A DNA stretch of 64,000 bases from Chrysomallon squamiferum (Eukaryota > Animalia > Mollusca): assembly GCA_012295275.1 (NCBI GenBank), contig CM022674.1:4030001-4094000 (forward strand), read 5' to 3'. Every line of letters starts with the position of its first letter. The first letter of the stretch is position 1. The position numbers were made by a program, and so were the translations under genes. This document shows positions 63,236 through 64,000 of this stretch, piece by piece. The notes under the pieces were generated by a model. That model was not told the origin of the DNA and did not search any database. It worked only from the letters and a program-made list of their open reading frames with translations.

Positions 63236-64000
63236 CTTCAACAGATGCTTTCAAAAAATATTAGTTTCAATATGTCATTTTTCTTGGGATTGTAAAGTGT
63301 ATTCATATATGTCTGTCTGTATGTTTTTGTTTGTATACAGTTTATTTCTCATGGTGAGTCTGTGTGCTAGTGTGTGCATTTATATGTTTTTGTGCATATA
63401 TGTATATGTATTTGTGTTTAATATTATGTATGTATGTATATGTATGTATGTATGTATTTGTATATTATGTATGTTTGTATGTATGTATGTATGTATGTAT
63501 GTATGTACATATATAGATGGGTGTTGTTAGTCATTTGAATGCTGCTATTTTGTTACTTCACAATCATCATACATACAAGGATCTAAGAGCACTATATTTC
63601 ATCATAACATCAAAAGAACCAAATTCTGAACACATCAGCTGTCCATTTAACTTCTGTCTGTGTCAAAAAGACAGAGCCAAGAAATTTTTTAAACAACTTT
63701 CTTTTATTATTCAATAAAATTAGATGGCAAAAATCAAAAGAAAAAAAAATTAACTTTGTAATAAGCAGAATATGTTTACATTATTTGTTCTTATTGACAG
63801 AAATATCCTTTAATGCTCAAATAAAATTTAGGAAAAAAGATTGAAAAAAAGACGATAGACTTGTACATTGTGAAGCAAAGTGGCAGAAATGGAAGAAATA
63901 CACATATATGTGGTTAAAAGTTTCATGGATTTTCAACACAAAATATTGTTGTGAAAATAATCAAAAGATTTGTTAAAACAACAATAATATATATTTTTTT

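Overview
AT-rich, microsatellite-dense animal genomic DNA, most likely a mollusc and plausibly a cephalopod (inferred from gene content and repeat landscape, not proven). Most ORF-track entries are microsatellite noise; the real genes are spliced and were assembled by hand from GT/AG boundaries. (1) A cluster of four cytosolic-type alpha-carbonic anhydrase copies: CA-A (- strand, exons 1-2 only, continues off the left edge), CA-B (+ strand pseudogene), CA-C (- strand, 7 exons, 258 aa) and CA-D (- strand, 7 exons, 262 aa, divergent). (2) An intact 11-coding-exon CYP4-family P450 (+ strand, 517 aa, one GC-AG intron) between CA-C and CA-D. (3) A 5-exon secreted ependymin-related protein (228 aa). 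(4) A 2-coding-exon gene recognisable as MAJIN, the meiotic telomere-nuclear envelope linker (446 aa, with an internal K/R-N-S repeat expansion). Structurally, 1.5-8 kb is a deletion-riddled inverted copy of 9.7-31.5 kb, which places the CA-B pseudogene tail-to-tail with CA-C. CA-D is bracketed by a pair of ~400-bp CRE-bearing inverted repeats, and none of the three CA copies in which the site is visible has the His64 proton shuttle. Several DNA-transposon and SINE remnants and degenerate minisatellites are also present.
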